Origin: an uncultured Gemmatimonadales bacterium
Lineage (GTDB): Bacteria; Gemmatimonadota; Gemmatimonadetes; Gemmatimonadales; Gemmatimonadaceae
DNA length: 64,000 bases
Assembly: GCA_963793305.1 (NCBI GenBank)
Contig: CAWBZV010000005.1
Coordinates: 672,001 to 736,000 of the forward strand
Direction: 5' to 3'
Shown: positions 53,431 to 63,588 of the stretch, piece after piece
How the letters are laid out: the number at the start of each line of letters is the position of its first letter
Numbering within the stretch: position 1 is the first letter of the stretch
Made by a program: the position numbers and the translations under genes
Notes under the pieces: generated by a model
Seen by the model: the letters and a program-made list of their open reading frames with translations, nothing else
The model's database searches: none
Told to the model about the DNA's origin: nothing

Positions 53431-56400
53431 GTGAGTCGCATCTGTCGTCTATTTCTGTTGGCCGCCGTTGGCGCGAGTCCCCCCGTCGGCGCGCAGCAAG
53501 CGCTGACGTTGCGCGGCACCGTCACCTCGGCCGCGGGACTCCCGCTCGACATCGCGCAGATCGTGGTCCCGTCCCTGGGGCTCGGCACACAGTCGCGCGA
53601 CGATGGCCGGTACACGTTGACCATCCCGGCCACTCTCGCGACCGGCCAGACCGTCATGGTGACGGCGCGCGCCCTCGGCTACAAGGCCAAGACCGTCTCA
53701 GTGGTCCTCCAGGCCCCGTTGGCCGACGTGAGCTTCACGTTGGAGGCGAACCCACTCCAGCTGGGTGAGGTCGTCGTCACTGGAGCCGGCACCACCCGCG
53801 AGGTCGAGAAGATCGCCAACGCGCGATCGAGCGTCGACTCCGGCCTGATCGAGAAGAGTGGCGAGACGAACATCGTCGCCGCGATCTCGGCGAAAGCGCC
53901 CGGCGTGAACGTGACGTTCGAACGCCGGCGATCCCGGTGCATCGGCGTCGATCCGCATTCGCGGCGCCAACACGATCGGACGGCCGAGCGATCCACTGAT
54001 CGTCGTCGACGGGGTCCCGGTCGACAACTCGACGAACACCGTCGCCACGCTCGACCCGCAGACCGGTGGCCCGCAGGGCGGCGTCGCCTCGCCGAACCGC
54101 GCGATCGACATCAACCCCGACGACATCGCGTCGATGGAAATCCTGAAAGGCGCGGCGGCCGGCTCGATCTACGGGGCGCGCGCGGGGCAGGGCGTGATTC
54201 TCATCACGACGAAGTCCGGGCACTCCGGCGCGACCGTGACGACATTTCGCAGCCAGTACGGCTTGAGCGATGTGAATCGGTTCCCCGATCTGCAACGCCA
54301 ATACGGGGAAGGGACCGGCGGCGTCGCCGATCCGTGCTCCTCTGGCCAACTCGGTTTCGACTGCCTCACTGATGGATTCAGCTGGGGACAGCCGCTCAAC
54401 GGCGCGCCGACGTACGACCATACGAACGAGGTGTTCCAGACCGGCGCGATGACCGACAACACCCTCAGTGTATCGGGTGGTGACGCGAAAACGACGTTCT
54501 TCTCCAGCGGCACATACACGGACCAGAATGGACCGGTCATCGGCCCGCACGACTACCTGCACCGCACGTCGGTACGCCTCAAAGCCGACCATGAGGTCGC
54601 GCCGACCCTGCGGCTCAACGGCAACGTGCAGATCGCCAACACGAACCAGGACGCGGTGCAGAAGGGATTCAACTTCTCGAGCATCACATGGACGTCGTGG
54701 CTGACGCCGCCGAACTTCAACAATCTCCCGTACCTGAACCCGAAATACGGAGTCCAGCGGTCATTCCGGTTTCCATTCCCCAGCCCGGTCTTCGCCGACA
54801 GCTCGAAGGGGTACGACAACCCGTTTTTCTCGGCGTACGACAACCAGAGCTCGACGAGCACGAACCGCGCCGTCGGCAGTGTCGGGGCGACCTGGGAGAC
54901 TTTTCCCTGGTTGACGTTCCAGTACACGCTCGGCATCGATTACGCGCACGACAATCGCATTCAGGGCGAGCCGATCGGCAACTCGCAGACCGCGCTCCCG
55001 ACGGGTCAGGTGCTCTCGCTCGATCTCGATCATTGGCAGCTCGACCACAATCTGTCCGGCACCGCCAAATGGTCCCGCGGTCCGAACATCGAAGGCACGT
55101 TCACGCTCGGCCAGAACCTCAACGCCCGCAGCGAGCAGATCACCGGCATCGTCGGCGACGGGTTGTTCCAGGACTTTCAATATTCGTTGAACAACACGAA
55201 CGCCGAGCGATCGCCCGTCCTCAACGCGCAAAGCTATATCCATAACGATGGATACTTCTCTCAGGGCACGCTGGATCTCGCGCAGCAACTGTTCTTGAAG
55301 GCCGGTATCCGCTACGACGGATCATCGACATTCGCGCGCAGCAACCAGTACGCCTGGTTTCCGAGCGCGAGCGCCGCATGGGAGTTCACGAAGCTCTTGC
55401 ACCCGCGCGGCGTCTCGGACGTCCTGTCGTTTGGCAAACTCCGCGTCGCCTACGGCGAGAGCGGCACGGAGCCCGCACCGTACCAAACGGTGCACTTCTA
55501 TCAAGCGGCGAGCGCCTTCAGCGACGATTTCAGCGCCGCCAACCTGGCGGAATTCCTGAATGGACAGTCCGGGCTCTTCTCTGCGGACACGCTGCCTGGC
55601 AACTTGAAGCCCGAGCGTACGCGGGAGCTCGAAGGGGGCGGCGACTTCGGGCTGTTCGGCGACAAGTCGGATCTGTCTCTTACCTACTATCACAAGTCTA
55701 CGAACAACGTGATCCTCCCGATCGTGGTCGCCGCATCATCGGGCGCCACGAACCAGTGGGCGAACGGTGCGTCGATTCGGAACGACGGCGTCGAGGCCTC
55801 GCTCAACGTCCGGCCGATTCAGAACAAGTTGCTCTCATGGGAAGTCGGCGGGACCTACGCCGCGAACTGGAACAAGGTGCTCTCGCTCTCCGGTCTCCAG
55901 TTCATTCCGTACGGCGGCAGCGGCAACTTCGGCAACGTGTCGGGCTCGGGCGGCAACGCCGTCACGCTGCTCGGCGGCAGCGTCGACAACTTCTTCGGCT
56001 ACGACTACGTTCGCTGCGGCAACGGCGTGGTTCTGGTGGACGCTGGCGGCAACCCCTACATCGTCGATGCGCATTGCTCGGGGAGCCAGAAGCGCAACCA
56101 CGCGCTGTTCATCGCCGACGGCAATCTCGCGGCGAACAACTCGACCGAGGGACCCGGCTACCCGATCCTCGATCCGACGCAACGCGGGATCGGCAACCCC
56201 GACCCCCGTTGGACGGGCAACATCCATACGACCCTGCGGATCAAGCACTTCACGATCAGCGGACTGCTCGATATCCGCCAGGGCGGTTCGGTGTACGACG
56301 CCACGCTGCAGACGCTCGACTACTACGGAGCGTCGGCCGAGACCGGCGAGCTGCGCAACAAGAGTGTCCTGTTCGGCTCGTCCTTCATGCCCGGGCCGGT

Positions 56401-56758
56401 CGCGGGTCCCGGGGTCGGCACGCACGCGGTGCTGGACCAGACGTTCTTCCAGAACTATCGCGGTGCGATCCTGCCGTCCCCGTACGCAACGGCGCCGTTC
56501 ATCGTCGATGGCTCGTTCATCCGGCTCCGCGAGATCTCGGTCGGTTACACGTTCCAGGGACGGTTCATCTCGCACAACCTGGGATTGGGCAGCATCGACC
56601 TCCGGGTCGCTGGACGGAACCTCGCGATCTGGACGAAATACCAAGGCGCCGATCCTGAGGTCAGCGCGGGAGGCGCCGAGAGCGGCGCGCAAGGCATCGA
56701 TTACTTCGGCGTGCCGCAGACCCGCACGTTCCTGTTCACATTGACCATCACCCGGTGA
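53431..56758 (+). CDS. SusC/RagA-family TonB-dependent receptor (apparent +1 frameshift at 53917-53918)
   Basis: CarboxypepD-like N-domain, EVVVTG; IRIRGA..PLIVVDGVP, DINPDDI..ILKGAAAGSIYGARAGQGVILITTK, LKPERT.E, ADPE, PQTRTF. Confidence 0.92.
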
Positions 56759-58140
56759 CTCCCATGCGACGCGTGACAACGTTGTTCGGCGCCGCCGGCG
56801 TGCTCCTGACGCTCGCGGGCTGCCGCCAGTTCCTCGACAGCAAGAACCTCACGCACAACCCGAACGATCCGTCGGTCGCACCGACCGGCGCGTTGTTCGT
56901 CGCGGCACAGATCGACTTCTACTCGCAGGAGGAAGGGCAGCTCGGCCGCACGATCTCGGTCTGGACGGAGCAGTTCAGCGGCCAGGTGTCTCCGTTCAAC
57001 GCCCTCGGCAGCGGGTATCAGTACGGCGCCGACGACTATTACAACAACTGGTCCCGGACCTATGACGGCGGTGGATTGATTGATCTCCGAACGGTCGAGC
57101 AACGATCGTTAGCGGTCGGCGACTCGATCTTCGCCGGCCAGGCGATCGTGCTCGAGGCCATGGAGGTCGGCGAGGCCGCGGATATCTGGGGTGATATCCC
57201 GTACTCCCAAGCATCCCAACCGTCGACCTACCCGCATCCAAAAGTCGACCCTCAGCAGACCGTCTATGACAGCTTGCGGCATTCGCTGGCGACGGCGATC
57301 CAGTTCCTGGCTGATACCGCCCCCGCTCATCTCGTCACGAACGCGGGCGCGGGGAGCGCCTTCGACTTCACGTATGGGGCGCTCCCGTCGCTCGACGCCG
57401 AATCAGCCGCGTGGATCGCGCTCGCCCACACGCTCCGCGCGCGGATCTTCCTGCACATGGCCGCGAAGCTCGGGGCGACCATGTACGACTCCGCGTTCAA
57501 CGACGCCAGCCAGGGGATCCTCGATCCGACTGGCGCCGGGAACTACGTGACGGTGCATGGCGCCACGGCGACAACGGCCAACGTGTGGTCCGACTTCAGC
57601 AGCATCTATCCCGGGTACATCGTGGCCGGCAACACGATGATCAATCTCATGAACGCGTCGAGCGATCCACGGCTGCCGCTCTACTGGTCCACGGCGACGG
57701 TCAACACCTACGTCGGCGCGCCATTCGACTCGATCGTGGGGTATCCGGCCTCCGGGCTCTCGGGCACGCGCACGGCGCAGACCTTCTCGCAACCGGTCGT
57801 GACGTATGCCGAGAACGCCCTGATTTTGGCCGAGGCGTCGTGCCAGCTGGGCAACAAGCCAAATGCGCTGGCCTATCTCCAGCAGGAGCAAGCCGCCGCT
57901 GGCGCTACGCAGACGACGGCCGTGTCGCTCGCGGCCATCATGAATGAGAAGTACATCGCGATGTTCCAGACCGTAGAGGCGTGGAACGACTACAAGCGGA
58001 CCGGATTCCCGGTCCTCGGCGGGTCCCCGCCGCGGCGGTTGACCTATCCGCAGACGGAGCGCGAGGCGAATCCGAGCATTCCCGCCGACGGGGCGCGCAA
58101 CTGGAACGATACGGGGCCGGTCTCGTCGAACTGCGGGTGA
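56755..58140 (+). CDS. SusD/RagB-family lipoprotein
   Basis: Lipobox LAGC; NPNDP, WGDIPYSQA, DPRL, LILAEA, EKYIAMF..EAWNDYKRTGFP..PRRLTYP. Confidence 0.92.
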   Translation: MTPMRRVTTLFGAAGVLLTLAGCRQFLDSKNLTHNPNDPSVAPTGALFVAAQIDFYSQEEGQLGRTISVWTEQFSGQVSPFNALGSGYQYGADDYYNNWSRTYDGGGLIDLRTVEQRSLAVGDSIFAGQAIVLEAMEVGEAADIWGDIPYSQASQPSTYPHPKVDPQQTVYDSLRHSLATAIQFLADTAPAHLVTNAGAGSAFDFTYGALPSLDAESAAWIALAHTLRARIFLHMAAKLGATMYDSAFNDASQGILDPTGAGNYVTVHGATATTANVWSDFSSIYPGYIVAGNTMINLMNASSDPRLPLYWSTATVNTYVGAPFDSIVGYPASGLSGTRTAQTFSQPVVTYAENALILAEASCQLGNKPNALAYLQQEQAAAGATQTTAVSLAAIMNEKYIAMFQTVEAWNDYKRTGFPVLGGSPPRRLTYPQTEREANPSIPADGARNWNDTGPVSSNCG

Positions 58141-58142
58141 CA

Positions 58143-58151
58143 TGCTACAGT
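58143..58151 (+). promoter_or_regulatory. Extended -10 (TGcTACAGT) of a probable leaderless promoter
   Basis: 7 nt upstream of ATG 58159. Confidence 0.55.
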
Positions 58152-58158
58152 AGTAGGC

Positions 58159-59775
58159 ATGAACGAGCAGTACAATTTGCTCGCGGAGTTCGGGCGGGTG
58201 GACGGACAGACCGTCTACCTCGCCCGAGACCGCGCCACCGGAGAGGTGGCCATCGCCCGGCGTCCCTCTGACGATCCGTCCGGGCCACTCACGATCTCAC
58301 ACGTGCTCGACGCCACCGTCCCGGCCGACGGCGCGGTGTGCTCGTCCTGTATGGACGACCTCCGGACGTGGGGGCGATTCTGTCCCAGCTGCGGTCGGGA
58401 GGTCTTCGGCGCGCAGCCCGCGTCCGCGGACTCGCCCTCGGCCGAGCAACTCCTCGACGCCGTCCGGCACGCCGCCGAGGGACGGTTTGACATCCTCGGC
58501 TCGATGCCCCGCGCCGAGGGTGGCGACACGATCTACTTCGCGGTCGATCTCAACACCGCCGACGTAGTGGCGCTCCTCCTCAATCGCGAGGGCATCGAGG
58601 CAGACGGCACGCTAGCGTACTCGCTTGAGTTGCCGCTGACGCTCTCGCCGGTCGCGAAGGGCCCAGCGGCCGCGACGGCGACGCCGGCACCACCTCCGCC
58701 TCCGCCCCCGAAGGCCGACTCGTTTACGGCGATGTTCGGCGCCGTTCCACCGCCGTCAGAACCGCCGCCAGCCGCATCGCCAGCGCCGATGGTAAAGTCG
58801 ATGGCGCCGCCGCCTGTCGTGCCACCGCCAGTCTTTGCGCCGCCGCCAGTCATGCCGCCGCCACCGGTGAGCGCGACGCTGGGACCGATGCCGGTAGCGG
58901 CGCATGCACCGGAGCGAATGCCAGAGCGCACGCGCCGCACGACTGCGCCCATTCCCGAGCCGTCAACGCCGGTCCTTTCACCACCGCCGGCGCGCCAGCG
59001 CCCGGCGGTGCCGAAGGGAGTCCTCATCGCCGGAGTCGCTGCCGTACTCGGGTTAGGCGTGCTATTCGTCGTGCTCGCTCTGCGCCCGAAGGCAGCGCCG
59101 CCCCCGATCGCCGTCGCCCAGGACACGACATCGCCGACGCCGGCCCCGGTCCCGGCCGATACCGCGAAACCGCAACCGCCGCCCGACACGACAACGGTCG
59201 CCGCGGAGACGCCCCCGCCCGTGGCCCCCGCCCCCGTAGCTCCAGCCGTCACAAAGCCGGCGCCCCCAACGCCTCGCCGCAAACGGCTCACCGGTCGCGA
59301 CACCCTCGGTCTGGCCGAGGCAATCCATGACTGCTCGACCTCGACGCTCGCCGGCGACTGGTCGACCGCGGCCCCCGTCTGCGAGCGCGCGGCCGCCGCG
59401 GGCGACCCGGACGCCGAGCTGTCACTCGGGATGATGTATCAGCGCGGCAATGGCGTTCCGGGCAGCTTGGCTGACGCGTTCAAGTGGTTCCAAAAGTCTT
59501 CCGACGGCGGAAGCATTCGCGCGACGAATTATCTGGCGTGGGCCTACGCGAACGGCGACGGCGTGAAACGCGACGGCGCGGCGGCCATCAAGCTGTTCCA
59601 AAAGAGCGCCACCGCTGGCAATGCCCAGGGCGAGTACGGGCTCGGGATGATGTACGCCAATGGAACCGGTGCGAGGCGCTCCGATAGCCTCGCGGCGCAG
59701 TGGTTCCGCAAGGCGGCGGCTCAGGGCGATCCGCTTGCCCGAGATGAGCTCACGCGCCGCGGGTTGACTCCGTGA
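58159..59775 (+). CDS. Single-pass membrane protein: two kinase-N-lobe-like segments, zinc ribbon, Pro-rich linker, Sel1 repeats
   Basis: CSSC..FCPSCG; TM GVLIAGVAAVLGLGVLFVVLAL; three A...LG.MY..G.GV......A..WF.KAA repeats. Confidence 0.85.
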   Translation: MNEQYNLLAEFGRVDGQTVYLARDRATGEVAIARRPSDDPSGPLTISHVLDATVPADGAVCSSCMDDLRTWGRFCPSCGREVFGAQPASADSPSAEQLLDAVRHAAEGRFDILGSMPRAEGGDTIYFAVDLNTADVVALLLNREGIEADGTLAYSLELPLTLSPVAKGPAAATATPAPPPPPPPKADSFTAMFGAVPPPSEPPPAASPAPMVKSMAPPPVVPPPVFAPPPVMPPPPVSATLGPMPVAAHAPERMPERTRRTTAPIPEPSTPVLSPPPARQRPAVPKGVLIAGVAAVLGLGVLFVVLALRPKAAPPPIAVAQDTTSPTPAPVPADTAKPQPPPDTTTVAAETPPPVAPAPVAPAVTKPAPPTPRRKRLTGRDTLGLAEAIHDCSTSTLAGDWSTAAPVCERAAAAGDPDAELSLGMMYQRGNGVPGSLADAFKWFQKSSDGGSIRATNYLAWAYANGDGVKRDGAAAIKLFQKSATAGNAQGEYGLGMMYANGTGARRSDSLAAQWFRKAAAQGDPLARDELTRRGLTP

Positions 59776-60313
59776 CGCCGCCCGAGACGACGAATGCCAT
59801 GGCCTCGGCGCTCGGCGTCGTCAGCCTCACGACCTCTGACGCCGGATAGATGAACAGGCGGCCGGACAGGCTATACGAGAACGGCAGATAGACGGCGACG
59901 TGATCGGTGAGCCCGAAGCGGGTCAGCGATTCCTGCGTGACGAACCCCACCGCTTTGGCCATTGGCGCGTCCGGCGCGGGGACCAAGACCGGCGTGTCGA
60001 ATCGCCGCTTCTCGCCGACGAACGCGTTCAGCAGGTCCTTCGTCGACGAATAGAGCAAACGGACAAACGGCAGTCGGGCGATGAGACTGTCGAGCGCAGT
60101 GATCAATCCACGCGCCAAGAGGGTCGATCCGAGAAATCCGACCAGCGTGATGACCACCACCGTGAGCGCGAATCCCAGGCCTGGGACCGACAGCCGCAGG
60201 AATTGATCAACGATCGAGAACGCGTCGAAGATCCGGTAGCAGACGTAGACCGTGATCGCGATCGGCGCGACGAAGGCGAGCCCACGCACGAAGTAGGAGA
60301 CGAGGCGGCGCAT
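59750..60313 (-). CDS. DUF502 family membrane protein
   Basis: YFVRGL..PIAIT, LPFVRLLYSSTKD, VYLPFSY..SG, AMAFVVSGG. Confidence 0.9.
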   Translation of the reverse strand: MRRLVSYFVRGLAFVAPIAITVYVCYRIFDAFSIVDQFLRLSVPGLGFALTVVVITLVGFLGSTLLARGLITALDSLIARLPFVRLLYSSTKDLLNAFVGEKRRFDTPVLVPAPDAPMAKAVGFVTQESLTRFGLTDHVAVYLPFSYSLSGRLFIYPASEVVRLTTPSAEAMAFVVSGGVTESTRGA

Positions 60314-61415
60314 GCGGGAAATTAGCTCGGCGCAGCCGAGCTTTGTCCAACCGACGGCTAGACGGGCGCGCAGCGCCCTGTCTAGCGAACCCTCGGTCTC
60401 TTACGCTGTCGCCCTCTTGATTGGCGCCAGCCTGCTCGCGATAGCGGCCGGCGGTGTTCGCGCCTATCTCGAGCGCGTCCAGGAGTTCCCCGATATGGCG
60501 AGCTATGCCGAAGCCGCGACGGCGATTCGGCACTGGCACCTGTCGGGAATCCCGGCGCGCCAGTTCTGGGGATATGCGGATGCGGGCGCCTTGCTCTCGC
60601 TGGTGCTCCCGGGCCTGCCGATGCTGGTCGTTCTGGTCATCATCTCGACGATCTCCGGATGCGTCGCCGTCGCGCTGGCCCACCGGTTATGGGGTGGCTG
60701 GACTGCCGTGTACCTGACCGCCGTTGGCTGGCAATGGGTGCAACGCGAGGCCTTCGGCGGGTCCGAGCCACTGTTTATGGCGCTGATCTTCGCGGCGTTT
60801 CTCTCAACCCGGCAGGATCACACGCGACGCGCGGCGCTCTGGGCCGCGTTGGCCACGGTTGTCCGGCCCATCGGTATCTTCGCGCTCGGCGCGGTGCTCG
60901 TTCGACGCAAACCAACCGAGGTGCTGCTGGGCCTTGGCATTGCGGCCATTGTGTTTGGCCTGTATTGCGTGCCGCTCGCCTTCACCGGCGACGTCCTCGG
61001 AAACATCCATTGGTACGCGCCGCAAATGACGGGGGGAACGGTGTGGGGCACCCTCATCGCCGGCGAGGTGAGCCCGGTTCGCGATATTCTCGTCGTTGGC
61101 GCTATCGCCGTCGTCCTGATCGCGCCATTGGTGGTGTTTGCCAGAGAGCAAAAGGGTCGTTGGGCTGAGAATCTTTTCGCCCTCGGCACGTCGTGCTTTC
61201 TGATCACGTTGAACTGTCAGCCGTGCGCATGGGCCTTTCCTCGTTTCGCGATCGTCTCGATTCCGTTCGCGCTCATCGTCATCCGGCAATGGTTGCCGCG
61301 CGACGATCGCGTCGTATGTGTGCTGTCGATTGTCTCAGCGCTGATCGCTGCGGCGATGCAGTTCAACGATCGAGACCCCGGTACGGCCCTTTTACACCTG
61401 TTCTCACTGCATTAG
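60312..61415 (+). CDS. Polytopic membrane protein, GT-C glycosyltransferase-like (start uncertain)
   Basis: DMASY in first loop, GSEPLF, ATVVRPIG, FPRF; many TMs. Confidence 0.6.
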   Translation: MREISSAQPSFVQPTARRARSALSSEPSVSYAVALLIGASLLAIAAGGVRAYLERVQEFPDMASYAEAATAIRHWHLSGIPARQFWGYADAGALLSLVLPGLPMLVVLVIISTISGCVAVALAHRLWGGWTAVYLTAVGWQWVQREAFGGSEPLFMALIFAAFLSTRQDHTRRAALWAALATVVRPIGIFALGAVLVRRKPTEVLLGLGIAAIVFGLYCVPLAFTGDVLGNIHWYAPQMTGGTVWGTLIAGEVSPVRDILVVGAIAVVLIAPLVVFAREQKGRWAENLFALGTSCFLITLNCQPCAWAFPRFAIVSIPFALIVIRQWLPRDDRVVCVLSIVSALIAAAMQFNDRDPGTALLHLFSLH

Positions 61416-61488
61416 TTGACTTCGGTTTGGGTGTCCGTACATTGGCGCTGGCCCTAGCGTCCGGGGGGAGTGTCTGAAGCACAAGATT

Positions 61489-62394
61489 GTGTGCGCAGGG
61501 CTGCTGGTCTGTGCCGCCGCCTGCCACCCAGCAACTGGTGTGGCGCCTGCGCGCGCCGCCGCCGATAGCGCCGCTCGTGCCGCCATTGCCCACGAGCGGT
61601 CCATTGATGTCAACTCGTTCGCCGCCCGATCGGTTGGCGTCGCGCCGCTCGCGGCCGACTCCAGCGATCCGGTGGCCGGACCCCTCGCATATGCGTTGCC
61701 AGATTTGCTCATGGCGGATCTGGCACAGAGTCATCAAGTGGTCGTCGTCGATCGCATTCGACTCGACGCGATGCTCCGAGAGCTGCATCTCGTCTCGTCG
61801 GGCCGAGTCGACACCACGACCGCGCCACGCGTCGGCCGCTTGATCCAAGCGCGCCGCTTACTCATCGGCCGCCTCACCACGGTGAACGGCGGTCAGCAGA
61901 TCAACGTCAACATCCGCATCGCCGACGTGGCGTCGTCGTCCGTCGCCCCGGCGGTGCAATCGCGCGCGACATCGGCGGACATTCTCGCGGCCGAGAAGGA
62001 GTTGGCGTTCCGGGTGCTCGATGCGCTTGGCGTGACATTGACGCCGGCGGAGCGCACCGCGATCGAGCAGCGTCCAACCAAACGGGTCTCGGCCCTCTTG
62101 GCCTACGGACGCGGCGTGCGCGACGAAGCGGCCGGCGAATATGGCGCCGCGTCGCAGCAGTACGCACAGGCCCTCCAGATTGACCCGTCATTCTCGCGGG
62201 CCCGTGCGCGATTGGCGGCGGTCCGTCAGTTGAGCGGCGACCAGGAATCGTTGTCTCGCGCGTCACTCACCGCTGCTGATGGCCTCAATCCGAGCCTCAC
62301 GGACCCCTCTGACGTGAACCATATCGGCGGCGCAGCTGACCCCTCGTTCCCACAGCCGGTGACGGTGATCCTGACGATCACCAACGTTCCATGA
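61489..62394 (+). CDS. CsgG/TolB-N-like lipoprotein with a TPR motif (start may be CTG 61474)
   Basis: Lipobox AAAC; VVDRIRLDAMLREL..SGRVD..TAPRVGRLIQARRLLIG; YAQALQIDPSF. Confidence 0.8.
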   Translation: MCAGLLVCAAACHPATGVAPARAAADSAARAAIAHERSIDVNSFAARSVGVAPLAADSSDPVAGPLAYALPDLLMADLAQSHQVVVVDRIRLDAMLRELHLVSSGRVDTTTAPRVGRLIQARRLLIGRLTTVNGGQQINVNIRIADVASSSVAPAVQSRATSADILAAEKELAFRVLDALGVTLTPAERTAIEQRPTKRVSALLAYGRGVRDEAAGEYGAASQQYAQALQIDPSFSRARARLAAVRQLSGDQESLSRASLTAADGLNPSLTDPSDVNHIGGAADPSFPQPVTVILTITNVP

Positions 62395-63588
62395 TGCGCC
62401 GAGTATTGCTCTTGGGCTTCCTGCCGGTCGCCGCCGGAGCGCAGGGACGTTCTGACGGGCGTGACGAACAGCGACGCCACGCCGCAGATCAATTACTGGT
62501 CATTCTCCTCCGGAAGCGCGGTCCAGCCGGACCAACTGGGCGGTGACAGCGTCCGTGTCGCGCACGTGTGGCAGTTCTCGATCCCCATCGATGTCGCGAT
62601 CCCCATCGGCGATCGCTTCACGATCGACGCCAGCGGCGCATATCAGACGGGCACGGTGCAGCTCGCGGGGCAGGACACGGCGCTTCACACGGATCATTAC
62701 ACATTGAGCGGCATCACGGACATCAAACTCCGTCTGGTGGCCCGGGTGATTGGCGATAACGTGTTGCTGACCCTCGGCGTCAACGCCCCGACTGGCACCA
62801 CGAATCTCAACGCCGAGCAATACAAGGCCATTCGCATTCTCGCCGCGCCGGCGCTGGAGTTGCCGAACGCGACGCTCGGCACGGGCCCCGGCGGGGTCGT
62901 CGGCATCGTGCTCGCCAAACACATCGCCGGCTGGTCATGGGCCATCGGCGGATCGTACGAGATCCGTGGGAGCTACGTCCCGATCGAGGCATACGCCGCG
63001 TTCGCGGCCGCGCCCAACTACCAGCCGGGGAACACGGCCCACTTCGAGCTCGGCGCCGACGGCTACATCGGTTCGAGCAACATGACCTTGGGGCTTACCG
63101 GCAACGTCTACGCGCACGACGCCCTGACCACCACGGACTCGGGCGGCGCGAAATACACCGCCAACGTGCACCTGGGCCCGAGCTTCCAAGGGACCTGGCA
63201 ATGGACGTTCGCCACGCCGGGATTCCGTGATCTGAGCCTCTACGCGGTCGACCGCTATCGGACGAAGTACGACGAGGGCGGACCCGCCATCGCCGGGACG
63301 AGCGGCAACTATCTCGACGCGGGGTTGCGGGCCGCGCTCCCCATTGGCGAGTCCACCAGTTGGACGGTGGGTCTTGGCTTCGTCGACCAGACGGGCCTCT
63401 CGATCGACAACTCGTTCGCCACCGCCGGCATCACCGCGGGAACGGTGACACTCGGACTCGCCCAGGATTTTGGCGCATATCGTCTTGAGCCGTTCGTGCG
63501 AGGCGGATATGGAAAACTCGACATGGGGTCGCACAACCCGACCGCCGCATCACTGGGCGGCGGCGTCGTGTTTCGGCTGAAGATCTGA
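62391..63588 (+). CDS. Putative outer-membrane beta-barrel protein (apparent +1 frameshift near 62444-62451)
   Basis: Signal peptide MMRRVLLLGFLPVAAGAQ from ATG 62391 (ATGA overlap) joins ORF 62461..63588; alternating amphipathic strands, C-terminal GVVFRLKI. Confidence 0.7.

Noticed and set aside
61489..62394. Curli biogenesis locus
   Set aside because: No CsgA/B repeat proteins or CsgE/F; only a CsgG-like domain
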